NCBI RefSeq assembly: GCF_031769215.1
Contig: NW_026782081.1
Span: 2,294,001-2,358,000 of the forward strand
DNA from: Ylistrum balloti
Taxonomy: Eukaryota
DNA: 64,000 nucleotides
Direction: 5' to 3'
The translations under genes and the position numbers were made by a program. The notes beneath the pieces are model-generated. The model saw only the letters and a program-made list of their open reading frames with translations, was not told where the DNA came from and searched no databases. How positions within the stretch are numbered: position 1 is the stretch's first letter; each line of letters begins with the position of its first letter. This document shows, piece after piece, positions 1 to 12,391 of the stretch.

Positions 1-315
1 AAAACTCTGTTTTAAGAGTGTGATTCAAGGGCCAGAAAAAAGTAAACACTTAAATATCACAGTGGGAAATAAGAAAATCAATGTATCTTGGAAAACGAGA
101 GGATATTGTAAATCTGATATAAGTCAGCTTTTTATTGTAGTCATAGTGCTGAGCTGATAGTAAGTTCTGGGTACTGCCAGAACAACATTGCTGCTGTAGG
201 CTTACAGTATTAACACAACTTTCTTAGTGTTATTCAAAACCACCCGAGCATGCCGTGGAATGTGACCTTGGGAAACAAAATGTATATCTAAATTAATGCT
301 AATGTATTATGACAC

Positions 316-429
316 CTTTCCTGAGGCTGTTCCACCTGCTACGCCTATCATGAATGGCCTTGGTATTCTGTCCATTCCGTTTATCATCTGATGAATGGAC
401 GAATCGTTCCCACCACGCAGAGTCGCCAT
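316..429 (-). CDS. UCK2: Uridine-cytidine kinase (UCK1/2-like), first coding exon; rest of gene lies left of window
   Basis: MATLRGGNDSSIHQMINGMDRIPRPFMIGVAGGTASGK, 38 codons ending in the UCK P-loop PF.IGV.GGTASGK, followed by phase-0 donor AAG|GTGTCA. UCK1 vs UCK2 cannot be resolved from one exon. Confidence 0.88.
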
Positions 430-2689
430 CACGAGTGCGTTTTTGTTTGTTGCGCACTTCTTGAAAATTCTGTGCAGTCTTCTGATCATCACGGAAAAAG
501 GCCTATACAATCGCCTCTAAGATCTGTTGCTATATATTTCACTCACAGTTAGATTATAGATAACTACAAAAATCTCACGCAATCACTAAACACGTGGTTT
601 TTGTGTACATTTTACGACAATAAGTTTTGATCTATTCTGCTTTGCGGTAACTGGCTTTGGACGGACGGATTAAAGTAGCTAGTGCACCGTTTTATTGGGT
701 TGATTTATAGATCGTAATATTTATTTTCCAGTTAAAATTTTTAACTTAACACACCGTTCGCCACTGAGCGGTTCACATGTGCTCGCCTTATTTTGTCAAA
801 AAGTTACCAAAAGCTTCCATTCCTTACGTTAGTTGCTAGATTAAATTAGTTAAATTATTATATGCAGCACTGAGGTGAACAACCCTCAATCCATGCGTAG
901 GTTTGGTTATTAAGATTTAATAAGACCAGGGATGTGGCTATAAGAGATGGACATTACTTATATGTTCAGCATTGAGTGTCGTATCTGGAAATGGTTCAGG
1001 GGAATAGGTGTGCAGGGTATTTACAGGTGACATGCATGCCCTCACCCGTGCAGATCAGAACACTTTTTTCCCCACATTCCATACATACCACAGCAACAAG
1101 CAAGCGACTGGTCAACCCTGATCACAACTCACTAAATGTATGCAGTCCAGGCATGGATATATATATATTTACAGATAATATATATATATAGGCGTCATTA
1201 CTAATATATATAGTGAAAATGTGATATATATATTCACTGGATTACATATATATGAGAGCATGTAAAACAATGCAGAGAGTTAACGAGCTAGTCATGACGT
1301 GAAGATCAGAAATGTTAACCAGGTTCGTGTTTTGTTTATTTTCATTTCTCCGTTTCCTTTCTCACCGCTCCCAAACAAGTGTATGTGTGTTGTGGTGTAC
1401 CGTTGGTGGTGGCGGGAGGGGATAGCGGAGTAGGAGTGGGATTATCTTCTATCGACAAAGACTATAAGCACAACTCGATCCTCCTATATCGTGTAAAATA
1501 GATTTCATGGAAACTAGGTACAGAAAGATTTTTTAAAAATCAAACAGCATAGATGTGATGTTCTAGCACAGATTGTGATATTCAACACGATACACTTTTC
1601 ATCACATACACGCGACACCTGTATTTAACTGCCACTTGGAAATAAACCATGTATTAATCCGATTATGCGGTATTTCAGGAGCCAATGCCAGAGCAAGCAA
1701 GCATAATTTCTAAAAAACTAAGAAAGTAATTGTACCCACTGACACTATTTTTAAAGGCAGAAACCGAAAACACAGATTTTTCTCCCCCATGTGGTCTTTT
1801 TTGATGATGCTGTTAGAGTTACCTCCCTTAAACCAGAGCTAATAACTGAAAAAAAGAAACCGCAGTTGAACAATGTTGATGTTGAATGAATATATGTACG
1901 TATGATGATTTCAGTTTTAATGTATCGGTTATATATACAATGTACCTATTTTAATACTAAACACAGGGACTGTATATGTATTATAGTAACAGTAATTCAC
2001 TTATATGGACCATAGGTTGGGAATTCGTGCCAAATCCGTGTGGTACCGAGTATCTCGTTTTGGTAGACAAACTACACAAGGTAAATATATCCTACATTTT
2101 TCAGACTTTATACTTCATGACATGAGCAATACATTACGGATATCTGTTCTTAATTTTTTACAGCAGATAGCACGTAATGATTGAATGTAAAGCAGTGCAT
2201 AAAGTACACTTATCATTTGATCTAATGAATGCGAATTAAGTCTGAGAAAACTATGGGTCGAAACGTTTGAACCCCTAGCATCCTCCGATTTTATTTCTAT
2301 CCAATGCCACAAATGATAGTGTGTCTGTCAATTTCAATAAATCTGGAACGTAAGTTATATTCAGCCGATACACATGATATTGATTTTTAAGTAGATAGAA
2401 ACACGTATGAATAATTTATTAGACATTTTGTAGGACAACTCCTCTGTAACATCCATTATACAGAACTGCGAAGGTACGCTGAAGAGATAGATAGTCTGAT
2501 CGATATACAAATGTATTCACCTCTTGTCATTTTTTTTATAGAAAATGATTTAATCTTATAATAATCTATTTTAAGGCAACCAACAAAGTTTTATGCATCA
2601 AAGATAAAAAAAAAAAAAAAAAAACATTTATCAAATTTCACTACCATTCCTAGCACTATCAAATCAGAGTTTCTAGTGTTATTATGAAA

Positions 2690-3265
2690 CCCTTTACTCG
2701 ACAGGTAAAAGTTTTTGACCAATCTTGTAACAACTTTTTTCCGAAAACATTCCTTTCATAAAAAACCATTTGATTTTTCGACTTTGTATACTCCCTTACC
2801 CCATTCCAACCCGAAGGAATGCCTTCATTCTGTGGTTAAGAGAAATTTCACCTCAAAGTACATGCGTATGGTTGTGAACTATACTGGTGTGCCTTTCGTG
2901 AAAAAGTATATCTAGAGCCGCGAATCCAACAAGAACAACTTTCCAATAAGATCTATAGGAAGCTTGGTAATATTTGGTTTATTTCCCTATTGAGAGTTTT
3001 CTGTTGCGAGAAAGTAATCAAGATTTTCGTGTAAGATGTCGACAGTTCAACAACACAGGAGGCTGGGAGATGCAAGTTGATGAAGTCTAGTGGGAAATTT
3101 ATGGTCTCATTGTGAAATATTTCATTTGAACGTGTGATATAAAATTTAATGTCAGATTTAGGAACGTGAAATTTTTCCTTCGATTAACAAAATTTACATG
3201 AAGGGTGTCTTTAATGTCGTCAAATATGTTTACCCTTCCGGAACACATGGATTTATTAACCTTTC
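2690..3265 (+). mobile_element. Decayed Penelope-like retroelement fragment (RT region and 3' tail)
   Basis: ORF 2715-2915 carries FDFSTLYTPLPH, matching the PLE RT motif (F/Y)DFSTLYT.(I/L)PH. Downstream are a frameshifted KFYG-like remnant (~3092) and TTACCCTTCCGGAACAC (~3230). Stops and frameshifts present. Confidence 0.68.
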
Positions 3266-4409
3266 ATGGTTCTTTTGCCTTCGATTTATCGATTTCATGT
3301 TTGGACATGTTGACATGACTTCATCCTGTTGTTGGCACAGAACATGGACATGTTTGCTGGTCGTCTTCATTTCTTAAGGAAACATTTTATTGCCTTGTAC
3401 GATTTGAAGTTCGAAGCGTTCAGTTCTCGTTAGCCTGTGTGATGACGTATTTTCCCAGTACGTTGTGTGAGAATGTAACAGTAACACGTACTAGGATTGA
3501 TCTAGGTCTACATGTCGAATGTGATATATCATTATCTATCTGAAGCACTAGACACACTACGGTTAAAATAATACATATTTATATAACAATTCCTACTCAA
3601 GTAGGACTCCATGAAACTTAGATATACTGTTTGACCACCATCTAATCTAAAATGTCGGACAATATTCAATATTAACTGCTCGCAGTTCAAATTAAATTTG
3701 TCTCTAGAGTAACTTAATCCATCATCCCATGGAATAGACAAATACAAGATTCAATGCTTAGATAAAATGATTCTTCATTAATGTTTATCACGTAGTAATA
3801 ACAACAGACCGAAGTTTTCAAATTAATTCATCGTTTTTGCTACGTCAGTCAGAAATTGATTTTGGTGTCATTGCATGGACAATGAAGTTAGGAATTTGAC
3901 TTCAACCCCCTTCGTAACTAGACTCCGACCTGACCTTAATTTCAAGTTACATCATGACCGCCTAACCCCAAAGTATTCATAGACAAAAGTATAACCAATT
4001 GGAGATAGCCAGCTGAAGGCCAATGTTTGCACCCATCCTTTAATATCTTGCGTGGATATATATAGCTTGTTTAAGTAGTATATTAATAGCATTTGACACT
4101 GTCAAATTACAGCTTGGTAAAGTCTTCATTTCTCTAATAGTGTCTAAACTAGAAGGACCAAGCAAGAAAACCGATAAGTCTCCAGTCTGATAAAAATACG
4201 CGATTTATATGTAAACTGCATTCAACATGAACAAAATATCCCTTCAGAAGATAAAACTAAAATTGACTCTGTGGAATGTTTGATGTGGGTTGTTTTAGAC
4301 AATTAGATATCGACAAATTTGGTAAACAATATAATGTAATATGTACATACACGTGTCAGTAATGCTTAGTTTTTCGACGATAACATCGAGTGTAGAATGT
4401 TTGTAGTTT

Positions 4410-4661
4410 GTGAACAGAGTAACCAGAAAACCACATACATGTACATCTATCGCAGTAAACAATGTCTGCCAGGATCATACGAGGACGAGTGTGAACAGGG
4501 TAACCAGAAAACCACATACATGTACATCTATCGTAGTAAACAATGTCTGCCAGGATCATACGAGGACGAGTGTGAACAGGGTAACCAGAAAACCACATAC
4601 ATGTACATCTATCGTAGTAAACAATGTCTGCCAGGATCATACGAGGACGAGTGTGAACAGG
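4410..4661. repeat. Tandem repeat, 81-bp unit, ~3.1 copies
   Basis: GTGAACAG(A/G)GTAACCAG recurs at 4410, 4491, 4572 and 4653; explains three overlapping repetitive ORFs. Confidence 0.95.
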
Positions 4662-4907
4662 GGCAATATAAGTGGGAGGTAGGAATGAAAGAAAAAATAC
4701 CTGTTAGCGACAGTTCTATATTATTAACCTAATGAAATTTAAAAATCTTCCTTCCAAATGAATAAGACAGTACCCTCAATCACCATTCTTTTTATTCTAA
4801 TGGATTTTCAGTTTCTATGTACATGTGCACATAATTATTGAAGATTTGAAAGTGTCGACTCATTGTTGCCAATTTCTCAGGCTATGTTGTTACCAGTGGT
4901 GACTACG

Positions 4908-5915
4908 AATCATCAATGGGTGTCTTAGTTTATCATCATTGGGTGTCTTAGTTTATCATCATGGGGTGTCTTAGTTTATCATCATTGGGTGTCTTAGTTT
5001 ATCATCATTGGGTGTCTTAGTTTATCATCATTGGGTGTCTTAGTTTATCATCATTGGGTGTCTTAGTTTATCATCATTGGGTGTCTTAGTTTATCATCAT
5101 GGGGTGTCTTAGTTTATCATCATTGGGTGTCTTAGTTTATCATCATGGAGTGTCTTAGTTTATCATCATTGGGTGTCTTATTTTATCATCATGGGGTGTC
5201 TTAGTTTATCATCATGGGGTGTCTTAGTTTATCATCATTGGGTGTCTTAGTTTATCATCATAGGGTGTCTAAGTTTATCATCATGCGGTGTCTTAGTTTA
5301 TCATCATAGGATGTCTTAGTTTATAATCAATGGGTGTCTTAGTTTATCATCATAGGGTGTCTTAGTTTATCATCATGGGATGTCTTAGTTTATCATCATT
5401 GGGTGAGTTTATCATCATTGGGTGTCTTAGTTTATCATCAATGGGAGTCTAAGGTTATCATAATGGGGTGTCTTAGTTTATCATCATTGGGTTTATCATC
5501 ATTGGGGTGTCTTAGTATTATCATCATCATTGGGTGTCTTAGTTTATCATCATAGGGTGTCTAAGTTTATCATCATGGGGTGTCTAAGTTTATCATCATG
5601 CGGTGTCTTAGTTTATCATCATAGGATGTCTTAGTTTATCATCAATGGGTGTCTTAGTTTATCATCATAGGGTGTCTTAGTTTATCATCATGGGATGTCT
5701 TAGTTTATCATCATTGGGTGTCTTAGTTTATCATCATTGGGTGTCTAAGTTTATCATCATGGGGTGTCTTAGTTTATCATCATTGGGTGTCTTAGTTTAT
5801 CGTCATTGGGTGTCTTAGTTTATCATCATTGGGTGTCTTAGTTTATCGTCATTGGGTGTCTTAGTTTATCATCATTGGGTGTCTTAGTTTATCATCATTG
5901 AGTGTCTTAGTTTTT
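4908..5915. repeat. Minisatellite, 23-bp unit (TGGGTGTCTTAGTTTATCATCAT), ~44 copies
   Basis: Directly visible tandem array. Confidence 0.97.
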
Positions 5916-6698
5916 AGTATACTTTTGTACTGTGCTGCCATCTTCTTCAACAATGAGGTTACCAAATAATGTAATTTTATATGTACATATTACAAAGGCG
6001 TATTACTTCTCCATTACGATAAAAACAAATAACACTAAATTCATTTTAAAGAACGAATTGAGATGTGTCTTTGTTTTGTAATACCGAATAACCATCATAC
6101 CTCCACCTATTCAGCGATAAACCGATTATTGGTTACTTATGCATGAAATATTTCCTGAGAATAAAATTTTTAATATTCAATCTTTAAATAAATTTATGCT
6201 ATAACTCAGTTCAATTTGTTAATTCAATTCGTTATTCTTCGAGAACTTTACAGCAGATGAAAGTCCAAGTATATAAATGTTTCGAGGTATAACAACTAGC
6301 TGTGTTGTCTTCTGTACATTTAATGGATCAGAAGTTTCAGTGTCAAGTTTTCCCATCGAAAACCTTCTCGTCAAGATAGAATCATTATTCTGATCATTAT
6401 TCAATGTAAATGTTTTAATATATAGGCGTCTGGCCTTAGAGACTTGAAAATAAATTATTTCAATATACATAAAAATAGTCATAAACAATTGTTTCAGATA
6501 GAAAACACATATTGATTGAATTATGAACATGTTTATGTCGTCCAGAAGGTAGAGTATCATTGAATGTGAAGTATTGCATCGCTTGTAAAGTGTATCAGTC
6601 GCTTGTTCGTGACACAAATATTTTGCTTTAGGAAACGGTATTTTTTTTAATACGTGTTAATCACGTAGCTAAGGTACAGCCCCGTATCATGTTTGTCA

Positions 6699-6736
6699 TC
6701 ATGAAGAGTTTTTCGCCATCATCGAGATCAGGTGAT
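6699..6736 (-). CDS. DTHD1: DTHD1-like terminal coding exon
   Basis: ttttccttctctgcag|AT CAC CTG..TCA TGA = DHLISMMAKNSS*. Confidence 0.75.
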
Positions 6737-9700
6737 CTGCAGAGAAGGAAAATAAATATATTTCGTTAAGATAATCACTATTATTACTAGGAATATCCGT
6801 TTCATATATTTGTTAATTCAAACATATTGTATTGATAATACATCAATCATTTATCTAGCAAGAAATATAAACGAGAAAAAGGCAACAAGATACATGTTAT
6901 CTTCCTAAGTAATGCCTCGTACCGTTTAATCTCAAAACTGTTCCTAAATATTGGAAATCTGTTTACCTGCGATATGGTTCAGTCCAAGATGTTTCAAGCA
7001 CTTGACAAGTTTACGGATGCCGTATCCATTTTGCTTTTGTTTCCAGAGAGACAACATCCCACGACATTTCAATACATCGTCAGTGTTTTCAGTGTTGATT
7101 GTCTGGATTTCTGAGTCATTCATGTCTAGCATACTAGCGATGTCCTTCCATCTGGACACCACATGGCCGCTCTTACAGACCGATAAGATTACTGTCTCCA
7201 TCTTGTTATCTGGAATTCGATTGATAATGAATTAGTAATGTCTCTTCCCACATCAACATAATACACTATAATGTACATGAAAGAGAAAATTTCAAATCCA
7301 GAAATCATATTCGATAGGTATAAGTATTTACTAGGATTTAAGCCCAAAAGAATGGCAGTGTTTCATTTGCAATAGACATTGAACCTACCCAGAGGTCACG
7401 TTTAGTTCATTCCAATAGTGGCACGGTTCATAGTATATAGATATACACTTGCCATTTTTCTAAAATTTACAGATATGTGAATAATTGAATTATAGGGATA
7501 GTGCACATCCTCATTTAGATTTTGATATTTCTTCTCATCACTTTAATTTTTCTCTGTCACCTTCTAGGCTTCAAGCTTTAACACCAATGGTAAATCCTAG
7601 AGGGACGAAACAGCTGTATGGTGCAGCTTACTTTATTGCCTCTCCTGTTTCTACCTAAATTTGTATCAATAGGTGCTATTCACTTTTGTGCTTAAAAAAA
7701 AATTAAAAAAAAACAAAAAAAAAAAAAAAAAAAAAAAAAAACAAATTGTACTCAACCTCTTGCATTTCTGGCCTGTTCTCTTCTGTACCGTTTGCTGCTC
7801 TCCCTCAGGGCGTCTGCTAGATCATCTCTGCCACTGTTACGTAGGGCTAGGATTAAGGCGGATGTCTGGTGCATATGAGGTAAATAATTAATTTTGAGAA
7901 AATGACAACAATGTATCCTTCAAATAATTTAAAAAAAGAAATTAATCATGAGGTAAATTATTACACAGACATTGACCTAGACAAAACATCTTTGTTATAC
8001 CCTCACTTTACAGACACGTTATCAATATATTATTAGTTAGATGTAGAAGACTGTTTTCTTAAGGTTAAAATATTCCCCAGGAGCGTACTGTACCTAATGG
8101 CCAAACAATAGAGACATATTTGGGAACACACACGGACAACGACAGCTCTATCTAAATATTTATTATTTCAATTATACCTTATTTTGCTTACACCTATTGA
8201 ACGCACCAATCAAACAGGAGGTTGTGTTTTGAGCCGTTATTACACTCGGATATTTTACTGATTATGAAAAAAAAACCCAGATATCAGAGTAGAGCTTTCT
8301 ATGTAAAAGCTATCTCCTCTAGTCTGATGTTAACCTTTCATTACATTGCGTTTACAATGCATGCTATGTCTCCAAACAGAAATAGTTTATTAACATGCAA
8401 AGCAAATTGTGACTGTTACATGTACTGGACAACATTGACAAACAGTACTGAAGAACTCTTTGATGATGGTGATTACATTTTTGCACGTTACCATGCCACA
8501 TCATATTCCTAAGTCATGTATATGGTTTCTAATTGGTAAAAATTAGTAAATTAATATAAAATAAGCAGTACCTTTTCTTTTCCGAACAATGACCGTTTGA
8601 ACCATGTCATAAGGATATCTCTCGCCAGCTCTTTGTGCTTTCCCTTATGCTGCTGTTTGATTGATTGTATTCGTGGATGGTCGATATCTAGACTGTTTGC
8701 CAGTCTCAGCCATCCTTCACCAATCGCCTGTGCAAGGTTTTCGAGAAATTCCGGCGTTATGGACCCTACATAATGAAAAACTAAGACTGAATACTAATTT
8801 AGTACCACATCAAGTATTGACAGGACTACATTCACCGAGTTTAGATAGTTTTGGTAACCATCACTGAATGGCTTAAAAGGTGGCATCATAATTCCTAAAG
8901 TTTGCGCTGTGAAGCCAATAGTAAAATTCTTATTGAACCAATTAGTTGATGAAGTGTTTGTGTTTTATTAATGTTGAGAGGAAATCAAATGTGTAATGGC
9001 ACTGGGCCATGTCAGTAAATTTGAATGAAGGAGTGTATGGACCATATAACTCGTATCACAAGTCCTTATAAAACTAATCACTTATTTACATAGGTACAGA
9101 GATTAATGACACTGAAAATGCTCACGTGTATAACAGAATAATGCATGGCGTTGATCGTAAGGAGTTTTTGCAATCACTGAGTGTTAGACTTTGTATGTAA
9201 TGATGAATATATATATATATTTCTTCTTTATTTCGGTAACATATACGCAAGTGCTATTCAATGTATTCACATTTTTATTGACTGATCAAAGGGAATTTTA
9301 CAAACCAACGGTTTTACTGCTGATAGAACATTTGGCTGTAAATGTTAGTCGGTAGAGCGTAACCTCAGGTGAAAAGCCAATGACTCTCCCTAATCTTACC
9401 GGTTTGTGTTTCTCACGAAGCTGAGAACCGGACCGGTCTCTGCTGACAGTCGTGTCCTTGATCAAGACACTACACTTTACCCAAATCACTCTGGATGACA
9501 GGCGAGGGGCCCCGCGTATGTTGTTCAGAGAGGTAGTAACCAAACACTACAAGAAGACCCCACCCAAACATATCCTGACGATACACTCAATAATAGAAAA
9601 AAACAGACACTCATTCCCAATGAACAGATATATCTCACCTTCACATCTAACACTGACCGGAGCTCGAACTACTTTTGTGGAAAGCTTCAGTGCTGGCTTT

Positions 9701-12344
9701 GGCAGAGAGATAGGCATTTCAGTGACAAGATCCCAGAATGTTTTATTATCCACATCCAAGCGCTGACAGTCGAATGGAAGCTTCGCCTTCCATACAAATA
9801 TTTGGAGAAAACCACAGAACGAAGAGAGTGACCTCTGAGAATACCGATCCACAATGTCGATCGTCCATGCTGTATGGATGCCATGAACACCATAGTAGCG
9901 GAATATAATGCGATGATTAGAAATAGACGAAATATTACCACGAAAACATAAACACAGTGTATCACCTTCCTTCAGTTTCACGGCCTTCGTTCTAATAATA
10001 TTGTCTGTCTCTAGTCGCATCATTTGGCGGGAGTTAATGTTCGTTACCTGGTCACATGACAGGGCAAGTTCATTAAGGCACTTTTTGTTGTGAGCCACGC
10101 ATATCTGTACATTTTGATATTCGATGTTGTTAAGAAGTCGAGGAACTATATCTTGTATCACTTTCGGCGGTAACTCTTCCGTAACTTCAAGGACAACCGA
10201 ACTGAATGGATGTTATGAAAGAAACATAAGTGACAAGTGAATAAAACATATAGAAGAAGGATTCCAGTTTGGCTGTTCTGCGTCCATTCTATGATAAACG
10301 TAAATTTCTACTAGTATTAACATGAACATCATCTGCACATCTTTGATATAACATGAGAATCTAATTTTCGAGTTTAAAAGACTTTGCACATGAATAAATG
10401 CAGTTTTTATATCTATAGAATAGAACCTCTTATTACACAACACGTAGAAGTTTCCATGACTACACATCACCTGCATCATCGACAACCGTAAAGCATACTA
10501 GCACTGACGTATTTAGTGTAAATATGATACAAAAGGCACACAAGGTAATTAACGACGCCTTTTAATACAAGGTGTAATAAGTAATAAGGAATCTACGTTT
10601 TTGGCTGTACTATACTCCTATGTCTAGATGATAAAGACATTACAGGAGAAAGTGCACAAGATGTTAACAATGTACTGTAGCCTCGACTACGCTTTGTTGA
10701 ACACACAAATGTATGAGAGTCTGTGGCCCCATCGTCCCTGTGTAGTACTGGTCCGCTTTGGTGTATCCAGATGGTCTTCTTGACCAGTCGGCTGAAGAGG
10801 TCATTTTCCATATTGTTTGGAATGATCTGTAAGTGCCGATTGACTGATCTGGCCATTTGTTTGATGAAGGTGACCTTGTAGTCATCGAAACTTCACACTC
10901 TAATCTTCTACTGGTTGTGGTATAAGAACTTTTATTCAATTAACATTAACACCCCAAAGAAAATGTTCTAAAATAGAATTTTTTCATGATTTCTTCTAAT
11001 TCGTGTATGTTTTGTAGTTAGTATGACAGAAGTTTGAAATCTATAATATAAAACAAATGATGCTGACATTAACTCACAAAACCAAAATGTTTACGTGAAC
11101 TGCACTGTACATTTGCTGAAACTATTCTTTCTAGATTTAAAGTATCTAAATCAAACTATATTCTATTTTATGAAAGACATATAAATGATTCAATGAACAA
11201 TCAACATACGTGCTTGATTTCTCATGTACGGAAAATGCCACTTGATCATCAACTGTGACATCATCAGAGGTCAACATCTTGACCTTGGTGGCCATACCAG
11301 ACGCAAATCGAACAAGTCGATATTCTTTTTCTTGACTGGGCTCTGTAAAACCATAAGCTGACATATCAACAGGCCAGTTTTTACTAGAAAACTTGCATAT
11401 GACCAAAGGAGAGAAAATTCAAGGTGTAAACCATGAATGAACACGTGCCCAAATGAACTAAAGATTGGTGCCATTACGTCTTCAACCTATTACTTGTGAG
11501 TACCTGATTTACATTTAAGAAACATTTTGTCATGACAGGCACCCAGTTTTTTCTGAAATTACCTCGATGATAGGAAGCCACCTTTTCTAAAATGACGTAA
11601 ACATGTTGTAAACTTGCATACCCACGAACTTGCCGAAAGTCGAGCCTTTCCTGCTAATCTGTGCTCCTCTAGACATTGACCTGTATCCAGAGTCAGGTGT
11701 ACCAAGACACGAAGATGCACGCTTACTGCCAGTCGTAGGACGAGAGGAAACTGGAGGTCGGGTACACGGCAGGTGCATGTATATCGTCTGGGGATGGTCA
11801 TCAAAGAACTTCAGAGTTACTATAGCACCGGCATTGTAAAGCTTCTGTCTGTCAGTGTCGAACATCATCTTTGTCTCTTCTAATATTCTGGGTAGTACAG
11901 GCATAACCTTACAAGTAAGAAACATATAATATCATATAGCAATTATGAGTTTATATTAAATCATTGTTCCTAGAATAGAATGTTCTCCGTAAATACTCGT
12001 ACAAGTAGAATCTCAAGGCTTTTTGTCTGATTTCTTTGATGAAGTAGGTGGAGATTTGACAACATGCCAATCGTTAAGTTTTGTATTGATATTTGATAGT
12101 GAGTATAATCAAATGAGTGGGATGTGTGATTCATTTAAAAGGCACCAATTTGTTTAATCTGATTAATTAAGATATAAATGTCGTAAGACCATCGTGTTGA
12201 AAAAGATTGATTATAAACTATGTAACTTTATAAACTTATGTAATCTCGGATCTATATGGTTTTATTGCGGATGTGTAATATTGAGAACAGACATGTTATT
12301 ATTGTACATGTATGTAGATAGCATCATTCAATACAAATTTCTTT

Positions 12345-12391
<47 letters not shown>

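Noticed and set aside
3300-3750. RPRSILVR-like motif suggesting LINE ORF1 remnant on minus strand
   Set aside because: Needs several frameshifts and stops; similarity too weak to support without a search.
6219-6617. 132-aa minus ORF as an alternative last exon of the DTHD1-like gene
   Set aside because: Weak acceptor and no recognisable motif; a strong acceptor at 6737 already completes death domain 2.
9335-9385. AGTCGGTAGAGCG tRNA A-box-like string
   Set aside because: No B-box, T-arm or cloverleaf pairing.
10213-10485. DIKTAFIH, similar to copia RT motif DVKTAFL
   Set aside because: Isolated short match with no other RT motifs around it.
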